A stretch of DNA of 59,687 nt from Acidimicrobiales bacterium (GTDB lineage Bacteria > Actinomycetota > Actinomycetes > Mycobacteriales > QHCE01): assembly GCA_003243955.1 (NCBI GenBank), contig QHCE01000002.1:1-59687 (forward strand), read 5' to 3'. How positions within the stretch are numbered: position 1 is the first letter of the stretch; the number at the start of each line of letters is the position of its first letter. Below are positions 1 through 9,877 of the stretch, piece after piece. The position numbers and the translations under genes were made by a program. The notes beneath the pieces were generated by a model. It ran no database searches. It was not told where the DNA came from and worked only from the letters and a program-made list of their open reading frames with translations.

Positions 1-193
1 CTCCTATCTCTTGAGACATCACAGTGATCTCAGCGGCCAGTTGCTCGTCACGGACGGCCCGTTTAGACGCTGCCCGGTTTCGGGCGTCGTAGTAGGTGGA
101 AGGCGCGATCTTGCAGTCGTGCTCGGTGAGCACCCGGCAGATCGGCTCGACGCCGAACACCTGCTTGTGGTTGTCGATGAAATCGATGATCAC
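1..193 (-). pseudogene. IS3-family transposase OrfB N-terminus (runs off the window or is truncated)
   Basis: Manual translation VIIDFIDNHKQVFGVEPICRVLTEHDCKIAPSTYYDARNR; GTGA overlap with the orfA stop. Confidence 0.8.
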
Positions 194-474
194 GTGTCGC
201 GGCGATCGAGCTCCACCGCGAAGAAAGTCGATGCCGCTTTCAGAATCTCGTTAGCACGCCTAAGTTCTCGATTCTCCGCCCGAAGTTTATGCATCTGCGC
301 CGACATGTCGATGCTCACACCGAGACGCTGCCCCAAGTCGACTTGACCCTTGCGGACCCAGCTACGCAACGTCTCGCAGACCCGACGCCGAGCGTACTCG
401 ACTCGAACTTCCGCGACCATCCGCACGGCACGCTCACGCAGCTCCGACGGGTACCTCTTCGGTGATCCTGACAT
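190..474 (-). pseudogene. IS3-family transposase OrfA with an apparent internal deletion in the HTH
   Basis: KRYPSELRERAVRMV...ENRELRRANEILKAASTFFAVELDR. The segment normally between 'EVR' and 'ETLRSWVR' is much shorter than in IS6110 OrfA. Confidence 0.8.
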
Positions 475-601
475 GACTCCATCCTTCCCAAAGAACGAAG
501 TCTCCGGAAAAGCCGGGGTGAATCACACCAGGCAATCGAGGCTTCCCGAACTTTACGAATGTCGAACTAGCCTGTGAAGACGCCAGTGTTGCCGACAGCC
601 C

Positions 602-1639
602 TCAGACGGCGGCGGGATTGATGCGGGCGAAGGCTTCCTGGCGCTGGTAGGGGAAGTAGGGGTACGGCACGGTCTTGGTGCTTACGGCATCGAGTGTGGC
701 AATCTGGTCTGGGGTGAGTTGCCAGCCGATCGCGCCAAGGTTCTGGCGCAATTGCGTCTGGTTGCGGGCACCGAGGATGACCGAGGCCACAGTTGGCCTT
801 GTGAGCAGCCAGTTGATAGCGATCTGTGGAATAGTCTTGCCAGTCTCCTGCGCGATCTCGTCGAGGGCATCGACGACGTTGAACAGTAGTTCGTCGGCCA
901 CCGGAGGCCCGTAATCGGCGGTGTCGTGCAGTCGACTTTGCGGCGGTAGCGGTTGGCCGCGACGCACCTTGCCGGTAAGCCTTCCCCAACCGAGCGGGCT
1001 CCAGACGAGGGCGCCGACACCCTGATCGAGACCCAGCGGCATCAGCTCCCACTCATAGTCACGGCCTACCAGCGAGTAGTAAACCTGATGCGCCACATAG
1101 CGCGGATGGTGATGTTGTTCGGCGATCGACAGAGACTTCATCACCTGCCATCCTGAGAAGTTGGAGACTCCGATGTAGCGGACCTTACCCGCCTGCATGA
1201 GACCGTGGAGCGTTTCCAGCACCTCCTCGATGGGCGTGCCCGCGTCGAAGGCATGCAGTTGGAAAAGGTCGATGTAGTCGGTTCCGAGGCGGCGCAACGC
1301 CTCCTCACATGCCCTGATCAGATGTGCCCTGGATGAGCCGGCGTCGTTTGGCCCGTCGCCTGTCGGCAGGCTGGCTTTCGTGGACAGGATCACCTGGTCT
1401 CGGCGTCCTTTGACCGCCGCGCCGAGCACCTGCTCCGAGGCGCCGTCGGAGTAGACGTCGGCGGTGTCGAACATGGTCACACCGGCCTCAAGACAAATGT
1501 CCACGAGCCGACGCGCCTCCTCGGCGTCAGTATCGCCCCACGCGCTGAACAGTGGTCCCCGACCACCGAATGTACCCGCACCGAAACTCAACACGGGAAC
1601 CCTGAGCCCAGACGCTCCCAACCGCCGGTATTCCATCAC
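602..1639 (-). CDS. Aldo/keto reductase
   Basis: MEYRRLGASGLRVP, FDTADVYSDG, LSTK, LGTDYIDLFQLH, GKVRYIGVSNF motifs. Confidence 0.95.
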   Translation of the reverse strand: MMEYRRLGASGLRVPVLSFGAGTFGGRGPLFSAWGDTDAEEARRLVDICLEAGVTMFDTADVYSDGASEQVLGAAVKGRRDQVILSTKASLPTGDGPNDAGSSRAHLIRACEEALRRLGTDYIDLFQLHAFDAGTPIEEVLETLHGLMQAGKVRYIGVSNFSGWQVMKSLSIAEQHHHPRYVAHQVYYSLVGRDYEWELMPLGLDQGVGALVWSPLGWGRLTGKVRRGQPLPPQSRLHDTADYGPPVADELLFNVVDALDEIAQETGKTIPQIAINWLLTRPTVASVILGARNQTQLRQNLGAIGWQLTPDQIATLDAVSTKTVPYPYFPYQRQEAFARINPAAV

Positions 1640-1649
1640 AGCCTCCAGC

Positions 1650-1720
1650 TAACGGTACTGTAATCTCATTAAGGTGACCGTAACAGACTGACAACCATTA
1701 AGGGAACTGGAGTCCTGTTA
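1650..1720. promoter_or_regulatory. Two related 22-bp imperfect palindromes (1650-1671, 1699-1720); probable TetR operators
   Basis: TAACGGTACTGTAATCTCATTA and TAAGGGAACTGGAGTCCTGTTA in the divergent AKR/TetR spacer; the second overlaps the TetR ATG. Confidence 0.7.
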
Positions 1721-2343
1721 TGGGTAGTGGGCGTGTACAGCCGCGAGCTCTTCGGCCTGGGGGTCGCACGACACGAGTGCGGGCGCAAGTGCTCCAGGCG
1801 GCCGGTGATGTACTGGCCGAGCAAGGGTTCACCCACCTCGATCTCGCCGACGTCGCACGCAGGGCGGGGGTGGGCAAGACGACCGTCTACCGTCGTTGGG
1901 GAACGGTGGCCGGCCTCGTGGCCGACTTACTGATCGACATGGCCGAACAGTCGCTGCCGCGCACCGAAACCGGCATCCTACTAGACGACCTTAAGGCGAA
2001 CGCTCAACTTGTGCGGCGGACACTGGCTGACGCCCGGCAGGGTTCGCTGTTCAAATCGATCATCGCGGCGGCGATGTGCGACGCCCGCGCCGCGTCCGCA
2101 ATGCACGGTTTCTACGACACACGCATTGCTGAGTGGGTGCCCTGCGTACAACAGGCCATCGAACGTGGCGAGGTGCCACAAGGGACGGATACCCATAAGG
2201 TAATCCGCGCGGTGTCAGCTCCTCTCTACTACCATCTGTTAGTCACTGGTGACAGCATCGACGAAACCATGGCAGACCAAGCTGCCCAAGCTGCCGTGAT
2301 CGCAGCGCGCGCAGGCGTGTACATGCGACCCGGACACAGCTAG
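1720..2343 (+). CDS. TetR/AcrR family transcriptional regulator
   Basis: RPGGRTTRVR...VARRAGVGKTTVYRRW HTH; divergent from the AKR. Confidence 0.95.
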   Translation: MGSGRVQPRALRPGGRTTRVRAQVLQAAGDVLAEQGFTHLDLADVARRAGVGKTTVYRRWGTVAGLVADLLIDMAEQSLPRTETGILLDDLKANAQLVRRTLADARQGSLFKSIIAAAMCDARAASAMHGFYDTRIAEWVPCVQQAIERGEVPQGTDTHKVIRAVSAPLYYHLLVTGDSIDETMADQAAQAAVIAARAGVYMRPGHS

Positions 2344-2498
2344 CCACAGACCACGAACCCTTTCACGAAACCAGCCTGCAAGCTGTAACGTCCGCTCTCG
2401 CAGTAGAAATGGACACGCTGGCGAGAGCGCGCGTAATGCCGCAGCTCTTGTGGCTCAGCCGATCTTTGGTCAACTGCTGAGTGCTCGCGAACAACCCT

Positions 2499-2657
2499 CT
2501 AATTACGGCCTGACTCTTGCATCCTGGCGGCAACGAGATCATCAGGAATGTAGCCTAGGTGTCGGTCGTTCCATCCGTGCTGCCAGATTTCCGCGATTAC
2601 CTGAGGATCGTCGGGGCGTCCGGGACGCAACGTGACAGCATGATCAGGGATGGACAT
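2499..2657 (-). pseudogene. Truncated GNAT acetyltransferase N-terminus (52 aa; not in the ORF track)
   Basis: Manual translation MSIPDHAVTLRPGRPDDPQVIAEIWQHGWNDRHLGYIPDDLVAAR...stop. Confidence 0.6.
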
Positions 2658-3372
2658 CCGAGGATAGGTAGCAACCATGGTTGGCTGTTGGCCGCCGCAA
2701 TGAACTGGGTGGTACGAACCTACGGCGTGCGAGACTTCCCACGAGGGTTAGCGGGACCGTGACAAAGGGGGCGATGATAAACAACTCGCCGTACGCAGCT
2801 CGTTCGGCGAGTGGCGCGCCCAATACCGAGCCAATGGCACTGCCGATGAACAATGCGGCCACGAGCGAGGCGACGGTCATACCCCGGGCGGCTGGGACCA
2901 AAGTGGTAGCCCACGTCTACAGAGACGAGTGCATGAATGCCCAGCCGCCGCCGAGCAGGATCGCGGCCATGCCGATGTGATTACCGATTGGTTCACTGCG
3001 GCGATAACAAAACCGGTGCACATCATCATTCCTCCGGCGGTCAGCAGCGACCAGGCAGGACGCAGAGCGACCACCTTGAGGACGCGGGAGAAGGCCAGCG
3101 TGCCGATGCCGTAGATGTTCGGTCACCGCTCCCGCGCCAACCGAACTGAGGCCCCTGTGCTCGAGTGCGGGCACCAAGAAGGTGAAGCCGCCGAGCGACA
3201 CGGCGCCTTCCACCAGTCCCAGAGCCATGATCAGCCAACTCCAGCTAAGCCCGAACACCGCGGCCAAGCCGCTTGCCCGGTCGGCGAATGCTTTGTTCCC
3301 TGGCCGGTTCCGGCAACTTTGCACGGCGATAACGAGCGCGGCAGCTAACACCGCCGGCAGAGCGAACATCAA
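2644..3372 (-). pseudogene. Fragmented MFS transporter (C-terminal half, several frameshifts)
   Basis: Hydrophobic MFS-like pieces in different frames (SWRLMFALPA; GLVEGAVSLGGFTF; LLGGGWAFMHSSL; VPAARGMTVASLVAALFIGSAIG). Confidence 0.75.
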
Positions 3373-4853
3373 CCGCCAGCTGTTACGACCGGGATCTGCG
3401 GGGCTCGCTGGACCGACTCCGAAGCGTCCGCCTTCGCGGGAGCGGGCTTCGGCGTCGCGACCGTGGTGGACGCAGCGACGTAGCGAATTCCGAACGCGCT
3501 CAGCAGCGCGCTGACGATTAGCGCCATCACGGCAACGATCAGCGCGTACTGAAGGCCAGACAAGAATCCGCCGGACGCCACACCGCCTACAAGCAGGCCC
3601 ATCACCGCCACACCGATGAGTCCGCCCATCTGGCGGGATGCGTTCAGGACACCGGATCCTATGCCGGCATTGCCCGGGTCGACCGCTGACAGCATGGCGT
3701 TCGTGATGGCTGGCACCACTAGGCCGATACCGCCGCCCGCAACGAGGAACTGGACGACGATCGCCAAGTAAGAGCCCGAGCGGACAGCGGGCAGCATTGC
3801 GAGGTAGCCCGACGCGGCCAGGATGCTTCCGCTGATAAGAACGGCCCGCGCGCCGTAACGCTTCGTCAGCGGCCCGCAGGCGAGGTTCGCAATCATGATC
3901 GTCGCAGTCATCGGCAGGAACGCGAGTCCGGTGGCGAGCGGCGAGTAGTTCCAGCCCTTCTGGAAGAATAGGCTGAAGATGAAAATCAGGCCATAGAAGG
4001 AGAAATTTACCAGCACGCCAATTAGCGAGGCGGATGTGAACACCTTACGACTGAACAGCCTCAGTGGCAGCATCGGATCCGCACTGCGTTTCTCGACGAA
4101 GACGAACCCTACAAGCGCGGTAACGAATACCGCGACGCAGATCTCTACCAACGACGAAGACCACCCGATGCCATTGGCCTCGATGACAGCGGCCGTGAGG
4201 GCCCCCAGACCGACGATCGCCAACAGTTGCCCCGGAACATCGAAGGAACGGCGGCCCTGGCCGGGAGCACGAACGGGCGTGCGGGCGGCGCTGGTCTGGG
4301 TCAGCCAGATGCCGACCGCAGCGACCAGCACGTTAACGAAGAAGATCGACCGCCAGCCGAATTGGGAGATCAGCACGCCACCGACCACAGGGCCGAGGGC
4401 AAGCGCGAGACCACCGGCAGCGGCCCACAGACTCACGGCCTTGGTGCGCTCGGCCTGGTCCGGAAAAGTCTTGTTCACGATCGAGAGCGAGGATGGCACG
4501 ATCAGCGCAGCACCCACCCCCTGGGCGATCCGGAACACGATCAGAAGCATCAGTGTGTTGGACGCACCGCAGGCGAAGGAAGTGACGGCGAAGAGCGCGA
4601 ATCCGCCCTGGAAGATCCGCTTCGGCCCGAATCGGTCGCCCAGCGCGCCGGAGGTCAGCAGACAGGCGGCGAAGGTGAGAGTGTAGCCGTTGATCACCCA
4701 TTCCAGCCCGGAGAGGCTGGCACCGAAGTCTTGGCTCAGCGCATCCGTCGCCACGTTGACTACGCTGACATCGAGGATGACGACGACGAACCCGAGGCAG
4801 GCCGCGAGCAGTGTCAACTGTCGTTTCGAATCACGAGGTTCAGCTTGAGACAT
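3369..4853 (-). CDS. DHA2-family (14-TMS) MFS efflux transporter
   Basis: LDVSVVNVA, GALGDRFGPKR, GPVVGG..GWRSIFFVN, PMLPLRLF. Confidence 0.93.
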   Translation of the reverse strand: MSQAEPRDSKRQLTLLAACLGFVVVILDVSVVNVATDALSQDFGASLSGLEWVINGYTLTFAACLLTSGALGDRFGPKRIFQGGFALFAVTSFACGASNTLMLLIVFRIAQGVGAALIVPSSLSIVNKTFPDQAERTKAVSLWAAAGGLALALGPVVGGVLISQFGWRSIFFVNVLVAAVGIWLTQTSAARTPVRAPGQGRRSFDVPGQLLAIVGLGALTAAVIEANGIGWSSSLVEICVAVFVTALVGFVFVEKRSADPMLPLRLFSRKVFTSASLIGVLVNFSFYGLIFIFSLFFQKGWNYSPLATGLAFLPMTATIMIANLACGPLTKRYGARAVLISGSILAASGYLAMLPAVRSGSYLAIVVQFLVAGGGIGLVVPAITNAMLSAVDPGNAGIGSGVLNASRQMGGLIGVAVMGLLVGGVASGGFLSGLQYALIVAVMALIVSALLSAFGIRYVAASTTVATPKPAPAKADASESVQRAPQIPVVTAGG

Positions 4854-5001
4854 ACTTACCTACTCCTGGATGTCCGATCGAGAGAAGACCCTGAGGCCGG
4901 CCCCGGTGTCCGGCCTCCCGCGCTGCTTGTTGATCTCGGGCTCGGTGGCCGAACACCTCAATCACGGCCGCGCACATAGTTGCGCGATCCGCTAGAGGAA
5001 C

Positions 5002-5050
5002 TGTTCGATGCGATTCGAACACTAGGCTAGTGTATGCATATCGTCGAACA
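5002..5050. promoter_or_regulatory. Probable ArsR operator: TGTTCGA-N6-TCGAACA (5002-5021) plus a degenerate copy (5031-5050)
   Basis: Perfect 7-6-7 palindrome in the divergent MFS/ArsR spacer. Confidence 0.65.
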
Positions 5051-5079
5051 CTTAGCAAACCTTTGGCAGGGAGGTCACC

Positions 5080-5445
5080 ATGGCCACGGACTCTGAAGCT
5101 GTGACGCCGCGTCACCGTGGTGCACCGGAGAACACTCACCCTCGCGAGGTTTCGCTGGCCACAGCGCTCGCCGCACTGGCCGACCCGGTCCGTTTGACAC
5201 TGGTTCAGGAGCTGGCTCACAGCGCAGAGTGGGAGCGCTTCTGCGGCAGCTTCGACGTGCCGGTGCGTAAGGCCGCGCTCAGCCACCACTTCGCGGTGCT
5301 GCGCGCCGCCGGGTTGGTGGAACAGCGGGACGTCGGGCCCAAGCGGTACAACCGGCTGCGCCGGGCGGAGTTCGAGGAGTGTTTTCCTGGCCTGCTCGAA
5401 CTGGTCTTGCGGAAGCCAGGTGACGAACGTCGGGGCGTTACGTAA
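5080..5445 (+). CDS. ArsR/SmtB family regulator
   Basis: ALADPVRL...LSHHFAVLRAAGLV...LRRAEFEECFPGLL. Confidence 0.92.
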   Translation: MATDSEAVTPRHRGAPENTHPREVSLATALAALADPVRLTLVQELAHSAEWERFCGSFDVPVRKAALSHHFAVLRAAGLVEQRDVGPKRYNRLRRAEFEECFPGLLELVLRKPGDERRGVT

Positions 5446-5669
5446 CTTAATTGACCGCCTGTCCGGGGCCTAATAAATCGGAAAAAGTCACGGATCAGGC
5501 AGATCGACGACGCCGGCCCGCTCACGCAGCAGCTTCGCGGTACCGGCGACAACCCCGCGATCCATGCTCGGCGATCCGTACGAGAGGGTAAGGCTGAAAG
5601 AGCCCCTTAAGGTCGACAGGTGCAGAACCACGCCGTAGTTGGCGCCGACGCGGTTAGCTACGGTTCGCA

Positions 5670-6061
5670 ACTTCAAACGCCGCTCTACCCTTGCCGGCTA
5701 TTTGTATCGCTTCCCTTAGGCTTCAGCAAATACAACAAGTCGAGGCACGCAAATCTCAGGTGTCACTGTGGCAAGATTCCGGTCTTGTCTTTACAACCCA
5801 ACACGGTTCTCCTATCGAGCCCCGCAATTTCAATAGGTCTTTTCATGCTCGTTGCATGAAAGCTGACGTTCGCAGGATCAAAGTTCATGACGCTCGCAGG
5901 ACATGTGCCACTCTTCTAGCGGACCTCGATGTACATCCACGGTGATTATGCAGATTTTACGTCACGCTCAATTTGCGGTCACGATGGAGATTTACACACA
6001 GGTCTCGTCGGCATCTACCCGTGAGGCCCTTCGCAAGCTGGGAGACAGTCTCGATGCATGA
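5670..6061 (+). pseudogene. Tyrosine integrase, C-terminal remnant, frameshifted near 5940
   Basis: LVFTTQHGSPIEPRNFNRSF..VHDARRTCATLL..VHPR, continuing in another frame as VIMQILRHAQFAVTMEIYTQV...LGDSLDA*; ends ~60 bp from the tRNA 3' end. Confidence 0.88.
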
Positions 6062-6121
6062 CTGCTGCTGTACTTGAGCAAAAGGCCGCCTCTTCAAGGG
6101 AAGAATTAGCCCTGTGAACTG

Positions 6122-6198
<77 letters not shown>

Positions 6199-6258
6199 CA
6201 ATCAGGCCAAAGCCTAGCAGGTGCTCGCGCTCAGCCGCAGGGCTGACCTCGTGCCCGA

Positions 6259-6813
6259 TCAGGCAGCGCGGCGATGCGGAGCGTTAGACGTTGAAGGGAA
6301 GGCTTGCGGGGATGAGGGCATATCTATTGGTGCGACCAGCCGAGGGCGGGGGCGCACAATGGAACGTACCAACCAAGCCTCAGCTCGTTGAAATGGCTCC
6401 TTGTCGCCGGCTGCAAGTAACCATCTGACTCGATCAGATGGCGCACCGCGCCGCTGCGCCGGAGCAGCCAACCACGCCACCACTTCACGTTGCACAACCG
6501 CGTCTATCGTGGTGGTGCGGGCGAGCTTCTCTACGAACTCCAGAGCCCGTTTTCGCTGCGATTGGTTCTCAGGGGGACTGTCCTGCCTAGCCACAACATC
6601 GACTTCGCTGGCTTTTCCCGCGTCGTCAGGGACTGGCTCTGCCGTCACGGTAGAACCATTACCTCGATCCAGCACCCGCATACTGGAGGCGTCTAACTCT
6701 TGCTGCGCCACGGTGACAGAGTCGCCTCTGGAGATCAGAGCCGGCACCAATGCCAGCAGGGCTACCCCGATCAGGATTGCGAACAGGACGGCTGACGGCA
6801 CACCAGATGGCAT
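6259..6813 (-). CDS. GlpR/SepX-like divisome membrane protein (short, divergent)
   Basis: N-terminal TM (PSAVLF..LALVPAL), 'MRVL' motif, C-terminal HRRAA; syntenic position after rimJ and before tRNA-Ala. Confidence 0.65.
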   Translation of the reverse strand: MPSGVPSAVLFAILIGVALLALVPALISRGDSVTVAQQELDASSMRVLDRGNGSTVTAEPVPDDAGKASEVDVVARQDSPPENQSQRKRALEFVEKLARTTTIDAVVQREVVAWLAAPAQRRGAPSDRVRWLLAAGDKEPFQRAEAWLVRSIVRPRPRLVAPIDMPSSPQAFPSTSNAPHRRAA

Positions 6814-6881
6814 GGCGGCTTCCTCCCGACGCGGTTCTTCAGCGAGTGCTGCACGAGCCCTGACATTACGGCGTGAGGCGC

Positions 6882-7538
6882 TTACTCAGCGGCTGCCACG
6901 CCGAACCACCTTCGGCTAGGGTTCCGCTCGTCTGCGTTGCTTCGCCACTGCGCCAATACACCGTGCGGCGCGGCATCCTCAGCAGTGAGCGCGTAACCCA
7001 GATGGTCGCGCCACTCGCCGTCAATGTGCAAAAACCGCGAATGAAAACCCTCATAACGGAATCGCAGCTTCTCCACCACGCGGCGGCTAGCAACGTTCTC
7101 GGGGCGGATATTGACCTCGATGCGATGCAAGCCCGCCGTGAAGAAGCAGAAGTCGCACGCCAGCGCTAATGCGGTAGGCATGATGCCTCGTCCAGCAAGC
7201 CGCTCATCAAGCCAATAGCCAACAGTTGCGGAGAAGAATGCCCCACGCACAATGTTACCGACGGTAAGCTGGCCAGCGAATTTGTCGCGGTAACAGAGCA
7301 CAAACGGCATGACCTGACCAAGCCGCGCTGGACGGCGCTGCGCGCGCACCATCTGGCGAAACGCTCTCGGGCCGTGGCGCTGTTCCCATGATCCTAGAGC
7401 GGTGGCCTCCCACGGCTCGAGCCAGCTCTGGTTGGCTAGGCGCACCTCACGCCAAGCAGCCAGGTCACTACGCTCATGCGGTCGAAGCGTCACCTCCGCG
7501 TCGTTGAGGGTGACTGGCCAGTCGTGCTGTCGCTCCAT
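6882..7538 (-). CDS. rimJ: RimJ/RimL family N-acetyltransferase
   Basis: WLEPWEAT, GQLTVGNIVRG, LHRIEVNIRPEN.ASRRVVEKL, IDGEWRDH. Confidence 0.9.
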   Translation of the reverse strand: MERQHDWPVTLNDAEVTLRPHERSDLAAWREVRLANQSWLEPWEATALGSWEQRHGPRAFRQMVRAQRRPARLGQVMPFVLCYRDKFAGQLTVGNIVRGAFFSATVGYWLDERLAGRGIMPTALALACDFCFFTAGLHRIEVNIRPENVASRRVVEKLRFRYEGFHSRFLHIDGEWRDHLGYALTAEDAAPHGVLAQWRSNADERNPSRRWFGVAAAE

Positions 7539-7541
7539 GTT

Positions 7542-8753
7542 TCACCTGTCCAGCTGCAGTACATCTACCACGGAGCCACGAGGGGCAAGAGTGATGTGGT
7601 CACCCAGCACCATAAGCCCGTTGGAGTTCATCAGCCCACGCAACAGCTGCTTACCGCCCGGTTGTGGCGTCACCGTGTAGCCACCGCCGCGCCGTGACCG
7701 CAGCACGGCTGGGCGAAACTCTCGAACGCCAGCCGAGGAAGTCAGCGATTCGGTGAGACTCGCCCGCACCGAGCGCCGAAAAACCGGATCCATGCCCGCC
7801 AGGCGCCGTAACACCGGCCGCACCAGTAGCTCAAATCCCACATACACCGCACCGGCATCTCCAGGTAGGCAAATCACTGGAGTCTGCTCACTTCCGATGC
7901 GGCCAAAACCCACCACGCCACCCGGCGAAACCGGAAGACGCCGAAATTCCACCTCCGGATACACCGGCGCGATCGCGTCGGCCAATCGTAGGCCGGTGAG
8001 CACCAACACATCGGCGCGCATGGCATTATCATCCAGCGCACTCTTCAACCGCTGCGGATCGTCGCCAATGGTATCGAGCCGAAATGCCTGCGCAAAGCTC
8101 TGCCGGGCCGCGGCCGTAAGGACGTAGGACGCGGCATCCACTACTCGGCCTGGAGTGCTGATCACTCCAGCATCGGCAAGCTCGTCACCAATGCCCAGCG
8201 TGATTACTCTCGGCCGAGGCCGCGCGGGCAGCGCGGCGAACCCCGCTAACGCCAACTGCCCAAGCAACGCCGGGGTAACTACCTCACCCTGTGCGGCGAG
8301 TGCCTCACCGGCCGCACACTCGGTACCGGCACGCACCACATTGAGTTCCGGCGCGCTCGGGCGTCGCACCTTTAACGTAACCACGCCTTGGTCGGTCCAG
8401 TCGGGGGGGATCACTGAATCGGCTCCGGCCGGCAGCGGCGCTCCAGCGGCGATCACAAAACACCCGCGCATGGGCAGGCGAATCGGATGCCAGGAAGCTA
8501 CTCCGATCTCACCAATCACTGACAACAACGCCGGTCGTTGCGGCGTAGCCGTCGCGACCTCCTCGGAGCAGACCGCATAACCAGCGATCTCGGCTACATC
8601 ATATGCCGGCATCGGACCCGAAGCGGTCAAGTCATCAGCCAGCACGCTGTCGATCGCGTCGAGCAACGGAAGCTGGAACGACCGCAGCGGTACTACACTC
8701 GTGAGTACCCCAGCCAGATACTCCGCCAGGTTTGGCTGCACACTTGCGGTCAT
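7542..8753 (-). CDS. moeA: Gephyrin-like MoeA/Glp protein (divergent active-site motifs)
   Basis: GYAV, GAPLPAGAD, RPRV..GDEL, FELLVRP..RRLAG; galU-moeA-rimJ synteny; start chosen at ATG 8753. Confidence 0.88.
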   Translation of the reverse strand: MTASVQPNLAEYLAGVLTSVVPLRSFQLPLLDAIDSVLADDLTASGPMPAYDVAEIAGYAVCSEEVATATPQRPALLSVIGEIGVASWHPIRLPMRGCFVIAAGAPLPAGADSVIPPDWTDQGVVTLKVRRPSAPELNVVRAGTECAAGEALAAQGEVVTPALLGQLALAGFAALPARPRPRVITLGIGDELADAGVISTPGRVVDAASYVLTAAARQSFAQAFRLDTIGDDPQRLKSALDDNAMRADVLVLTGLRLADAIAPVYPEVEFRRLPVSPGGVVGFGRIGSEQTPVICLPGDAGAVYVGFELLVRPVLRRLAGMDPVFRRSVRASLTESLTSSAGVREFRPAVLRSRRGGGYTVTPQPGGKQLLRGLMNSNGLMVLGDHITLAPRGSVVDVLQLDR

Positions 8754-8808
8754 ACTCGCAACTTTCGGAAGTGAAGTTAGCCGGCTGGAATCCGCCGGTG
8801 TCGATCTC

Positions 8809-9717
8809 TTATTGTGCGCGCACAAACTCGCTCAGCCATGCACGAAACTCCGGACCAAGGTCATCACGTTCGACCGCAAGCTGCACCACGGCTTTGAGAT
8901 AGTCGCTTCGATCGCCCGTGTCATAACGACGACCGGTAAAGATCACACCATGCACCGGCATGCCATCATATAGGAGTCTGGCGATCGCGTCGGTGAGCTG
9001 AATCTCCCCGCCCGCGCCCGGTGGAGTGGCTCGAATCGCGTCGAAAACCTCAGGCGGCAGCACATAACGTCCGATAATGGCAAGGTTGCTGGGTGCCTGT
9101 TCGGCAGTAGGTTTTTCCACGAGCGCACTCACGTTGATGGCTGAATAACCATCGAAGGTTTCCCCGGTAGGAGTGGCGGCAACACAACCGTAGCGGTGAA
9201 TGTGCTCACTCGGGACCTCGATGAGGCCCAGCACCACGCCGCCGTAACGACGCTGCACGTCGAGCATCGCTGGAAGTAGCGGGTCACGCGGATCGATCAT
9301 GTCGTCGCCCAGCTGCACGGCGAACGACTCGCGGCCCACGTGGCGCTGTGCGCAGAGCACCGCATGACCCAGGCCACGCGGTTCGTCTTGGCGCACCGCA
9401 TGCATGGTAGCGAGCTCGGCAGAGTGGCGCACCGCATCCAGCCGCGCCTTGTCGCCCTTTGCTTCTAGCGCGGCTTCCAGCTCGGGGCGCCGATCGAAGT
9501 GGTCGAGTACCGAGTCTTGACCACGCCCGATTACCAGCAAAACGTCATCAAGCCCGGCGCGTGAAGCTTCCTCAACGATGTACTCCAACGCCGGCCTGTC
9601 CACCACAGGAAGCAGCACCTTGGGAATGGTTTTGGTGGCGGGCAAAAAGCGAGTCCCCAGGCCGGCTACCGGGATGACGACTTTGCTTACGGGCGTGTGA
9701 ACGGATGCATCTGCCAT
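8809..9717 (-). CDS. galU: UTP--glucose-1-phosphate uridylyltransferase
   Basis: VIPVAGLGTRFLPATK, GLGHAV, LVEKP, GEIQLTDA. Confidence 0.96.
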   Translation of the reverse strand: MADASVHTPVSKVVIPVAGLGTRFLPATKTIPKVLLPVVDRPALEYIVEEASRAGLDDVLLVIGRGQDSVLDHFDRRPELEAALEAKGDKARLDAVRHSAELATMHAVRQDEPRGLGHAVLCAQRHVGRESFAVQLGDDMIDPRDPLLPAMLDVQRRYGGVVLGLIEVPSEHIHRYGCVAATPTGETFDGYSAINVSALVEKPTAEQAPSNLAIIGRYVLPPEVFDAIRATPPGAGGEIQLTDAIARLLYDGMPVHGVIFTGRRYDTGDRSDYLKAVVQLAVERDDLGPEFRAWLSEFVRAQ

Positions 9718-9877
9718 GTCGGGCAGATTAGCTGGTCGAAGGTCTACCCTTTTCTCGGACTACCACCTTCATCGAGCCGGATTGATATGCGGCGTCCCTA
9801 CTTACCTGCTGTGGGGGCACAATCTGCTTCGATCAATCGGAAGAGCTTACGCCCACGGAAGAGACTACATAGACAGG

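Larger units (their letters stand above)
1..525 (-). mobile_element. IS3-family (IS6110/IS51-like) insertion sequence remnant; left end at 525
   Basis: Minus-strand end TGATTCACCCCGGCTTTTCCGGAGAC resembles the IS6110-type terminal IR; followed by orfA and the start of orfB. Confidence 0.85.

Noticed and set aside
5488-5676. 62-aa minus-strand ORF between arsR and the integrase remnant
   Set aside because: No recognisable homology in the frames I translated; likely scrambled island DNA
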